Of a stretch of DNA of 64,000 nt, positions 61,231 to 64,000 are shown in pieces. The stretch is taken from contig CM060734.1 of NCBI GenBank assembly GCA_030704615.1, positions 43,214,001 through 43,278,000 of the forward strand, written 5' to 3'. The position numbers and the translations under genes are program-made. Each line of letters starts with the position of its first letter. Positions within the stretch are counted from its first letter, which is position 1. Under the pieces are notes generated by a model. The model was not told where the DNA came from and did not search any database. It saw nothing but the letters and a program-made list of their open reading frames with translations. Origin of the DNA: Takakia lepidozioides (taxonomy: Eukaryota; Plantae; Bryophyta).

Positions 61231-64000
61231 GATTGTACTCATAAGACGTTGTTTGCCGTAGCCTTGTGCCCATTGACCCCGCGCCCAGTTTGAGCGGGAA
61301 CAAAAGGGACAGAACCTACCTCTGTCACGGGCTGACGTTGGTAGTAAGACTTACCTTCATATATAGAATTAGTCCGGGTTTTCCAGATATCCTCTAGAAA
61401 TTCCTTCACACAAGCATCAATCTGCTGTGTGTGATTTGCCCAAAAACTAGGCCTCAGGAGGGCCTGGGCTTTTGGCTCAGCCTCGAGACTTTCAAAGTTG
61501 GTAAACAGGGGTACAGGCACAATTCCCTTGATAGATTTGAAGAGAGCGTCTCTTTGGTGAGAGAACCCCGGACAGTGTATCAGAAAATGAATACTGTCTT
61601 CAGATTGCCCACACAACGGGCAATTGCACTCTCCCTTTCCTCTCGGCTTCTGTTTGCTGTTCAAAGGTAGGCTTCCTGCCCTGAGTTTAAATTTCAGTCT
61701 AGTGCCAAGAGTGGGTAGACCCTTGAGGTCATCCAAGATGTCCTCCCCCATGTCACAGACTGGAAACAAGTTCAGGGAAGTTTTCTGCCTAACTTCACTT
61801 TCATCAGACAATCTCATGGCAACAGACATGGCTTTGGACACTACAGCCTCTAAGTCAGATTTATCCAGCAGGGTCAAGACTTGCGGATCCAGGTCCAGGT
61901 CCTTGAGAATCTCTTCTACTCTCTTCTGCCAGGACTTAGCCTGTTTGACAGGGCGGTCCTGTTTCCAAGATATAGAGTCGATTAACTTAGGATATCTGGT
62001 GTTGGGCATATGTTGCAGCTGACCCCACCATCTGACCTTGAATTCATCTCGTCAGGAGTTTAAGGACGGAATGCCAAACTCACCCCGAACAGCCACATTG
62101 GCTGTTTTGGATGACATACACTCCTTAAGCACCCCCACTTGAATGGATTCTAGAGACTTAGCCTGGTTGGAGTTATCAACCCATATAGCAGATCCGTACT
62201 CCAAGGCAGGTCTAATAACGCGACAAAGCATGGTTTTCTTAACCTCAGAGTTGACCCCTCTGCAGTGGAAAAATTTAGTGAGCCCCAGAGCTTTGCCCTT
62301 GCCAGTTTGAACAACTTTCCGGATATGTGCATCCCAATTACAATTGGAGGAGAACTCAACGCCCAGGTAAGTGTAGGAAGGGAGGACCGGGATCTCTTGG
62401 CTACCCCACTGCCACTTAAGATCACTTCCTCCCTCTCCTCTGTCGTTGAATGCTACCACTGCACAGCCTCTAGCCCCCAAAGATCAAAGTATCTCTTCGC
62501 GCAATCAATCAACTCCTGGAGATTGGTTGGAGTCTCCCCTATGCCTGCGAAGTCATCCGCAAACATAAGGGCTGGTATGGTGGTATCACCCACCCTTAAC
62601 CCAAATCCCTCACGTTCCACATCCTCGAGGAGTTGATTGATGAAAACATTGAAGAGCAGAGGGGAGAGAGTACATCCTTGAGCTACACCTTGGTCTATGT
62701 CAAAGAAGTTGGACTTCTGTCCGTTAACAGTGACACAGCTTTTGGTGTGAGCATACAAGTTGTGGACAACTCTCCACATCTTTCCCTTGATCCCACAAGA
62801 CCAGAGGCGGAACCATAGGCCATCTCTCCACACTGTGTCATAACCCTTTTTGACATCCAGGAAAAAAACATAAGTGGGTTTCCCTTCTTTTTTCCTTCCC
62901 TGGATAATCTGGCTTAGAGTGAAGATATGATCCACACAGCCCCTGTTTCGCCGAAAGCCAGCTTGGCCTTCTTGGAAACAACCTCTAGACTCCAGATCAA
63001 CCTCGAGACGAGTACTTATAACTCTGCAGAATGTCTTGCCAACAGCATTGAGGAGCGTGATGCCATGGTAGTTCCCTGGTTCTTCTCTGTCACCCTTCTT
63101 GTATAGATTGACAATGACCCCCTGTCGCCAGCGAAAGGGGATCATTTCAGTCTTCCAGATAAGGTTAAAGAGGAGAACTAGGGCCTCTATCATGGGATCG
63201 CCACCGTGCTTGATAAGCTCGTTGACAATACCATCAGGTCCACCAGCTTTATATCCATTTAAATGTTCAATTGCTTCCACAATCTCAGAAGAACTAATGG
63301 GAGCATTATAAGCCATTGAAATATACTCCAGTTCATCAGGGCTGTTTTGAACCATAGGAACAGTTTTTCCAACTGTGTCCCTCCATTCAGCAGAAGACCC
63401 CTCACTGTTAGACCTAGAAGTTCTGCCAAGGATACTATAGTGAATTTCAAAGGTTTTGACAATGTCAACCGATGAAGTCACCACTGCACCTTTAGTAGTC
63501 TTCAGCGCTTGTACTTGCTGACCGTTTTTCGGCTTGTACAAACGTTGAAGGGCCAACCAGAATTTCTTGTCATTACCACCATGGTGGTTTGAGTTTATTT
63601 CACTGTATAACTTGTCCCAGTATAATTTCTTCGGAGACCTAACAAGCTGATTGATATCTTTACGGAGCTGGTAGTACCTTGCCCACAATTCTCTGTTGGT
63701 TTCCAAATTGCAGCACTCTTTATAGAGGGCTCGTCTCTCAGCTATCTTGAGTTTAATCTCATTAGTCCACCAATTAACTGCTCTACCGCAGACAATTAGT
63801 TTCGTCCCAATGATCTTGTCAGCCACGGAGGAAACGAAACTCTCCCAAGAGTCCACTGCTCTTTCGACTTCATTTCTTGCGTTAACAGAGCGTGACTGAA
63901 GTTCTTGGAGCGATTGGACAAAATGAGGGAGAGCCTCTTGCAAGGCCTGGACGTACTCAGCCTTGACCTCCTCATTGTGGAATTTTTCTATGCGCCACTT
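61231..64000 (-). mobile_element. RTE/RTEX-like non-LTR retrotransposon ORF2 (RT plus C-terminal CCHC), in the LFR intron, runs off the window
   Basis: KAGGPDGI, NYHGITLL, QAGFR, FLDVKKGYDTV, GVAQGCTLSPLLF, LMFADD, YTYLGVEF, CPLCGQSEDSIHFLIHCP; frameshifts near 62470 and 62050; (TC)-rich tail a few nt after the stop codon. Confidence 0.93.

Overview
Gene-dense, intron-containing nuclear DNA of a land plant. It is probably a non-seed plant such as a hornwort or other bryophyte (inference from compact genes and homogeneous PLS-DYW PPR arrays; not provable from this window). Main items: (1) A 10.8-kb Mutator-like DNA transposon (289-11071) bounded by a perfect 9-bp TSD (CTTAAAACC). It carries a GCM/DDE/SWIM transposase on + and, divergently on -, a multi-exon gene for a ParB/Srx-fold domain fused to a beta-class N6A/N4C DNA methyltransferase. 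The two long introns of that gene and the element's 3' non-coding region hold 17 copies of a 24-bp palindrome (CAACCTTGCGTYRACGCAAGGTTG and a GTGT/ACAC variant). This looks like a transposon-borne 'ParB + parS-like sites + amino-methyltransferase' system and is the best candidate for an undescribed system; this copy is frameshifted. (2) A head-to-tail pair of Helitron2/Helentron-like elements (50619-58423, - strand), each carrying captured PPR (PLS/E/DYW) and OSB-type PDF-motif gene fragments. (3) An RTEX-like LINE whose 3' ends repeatedly land next to older copies of itself. Host genes: Tudor-PHD-chromo-SNF2 (CHD3/PICKLE-like) remodeller, an unknown coiled-coil ORF, ULTRAPETALA-like, PUR3, a SnRK1-gamma-like CBS protein, Lhca1 and the 5' part of LFR. 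All family assignments rest on motif recognition by eye; no database search was run.
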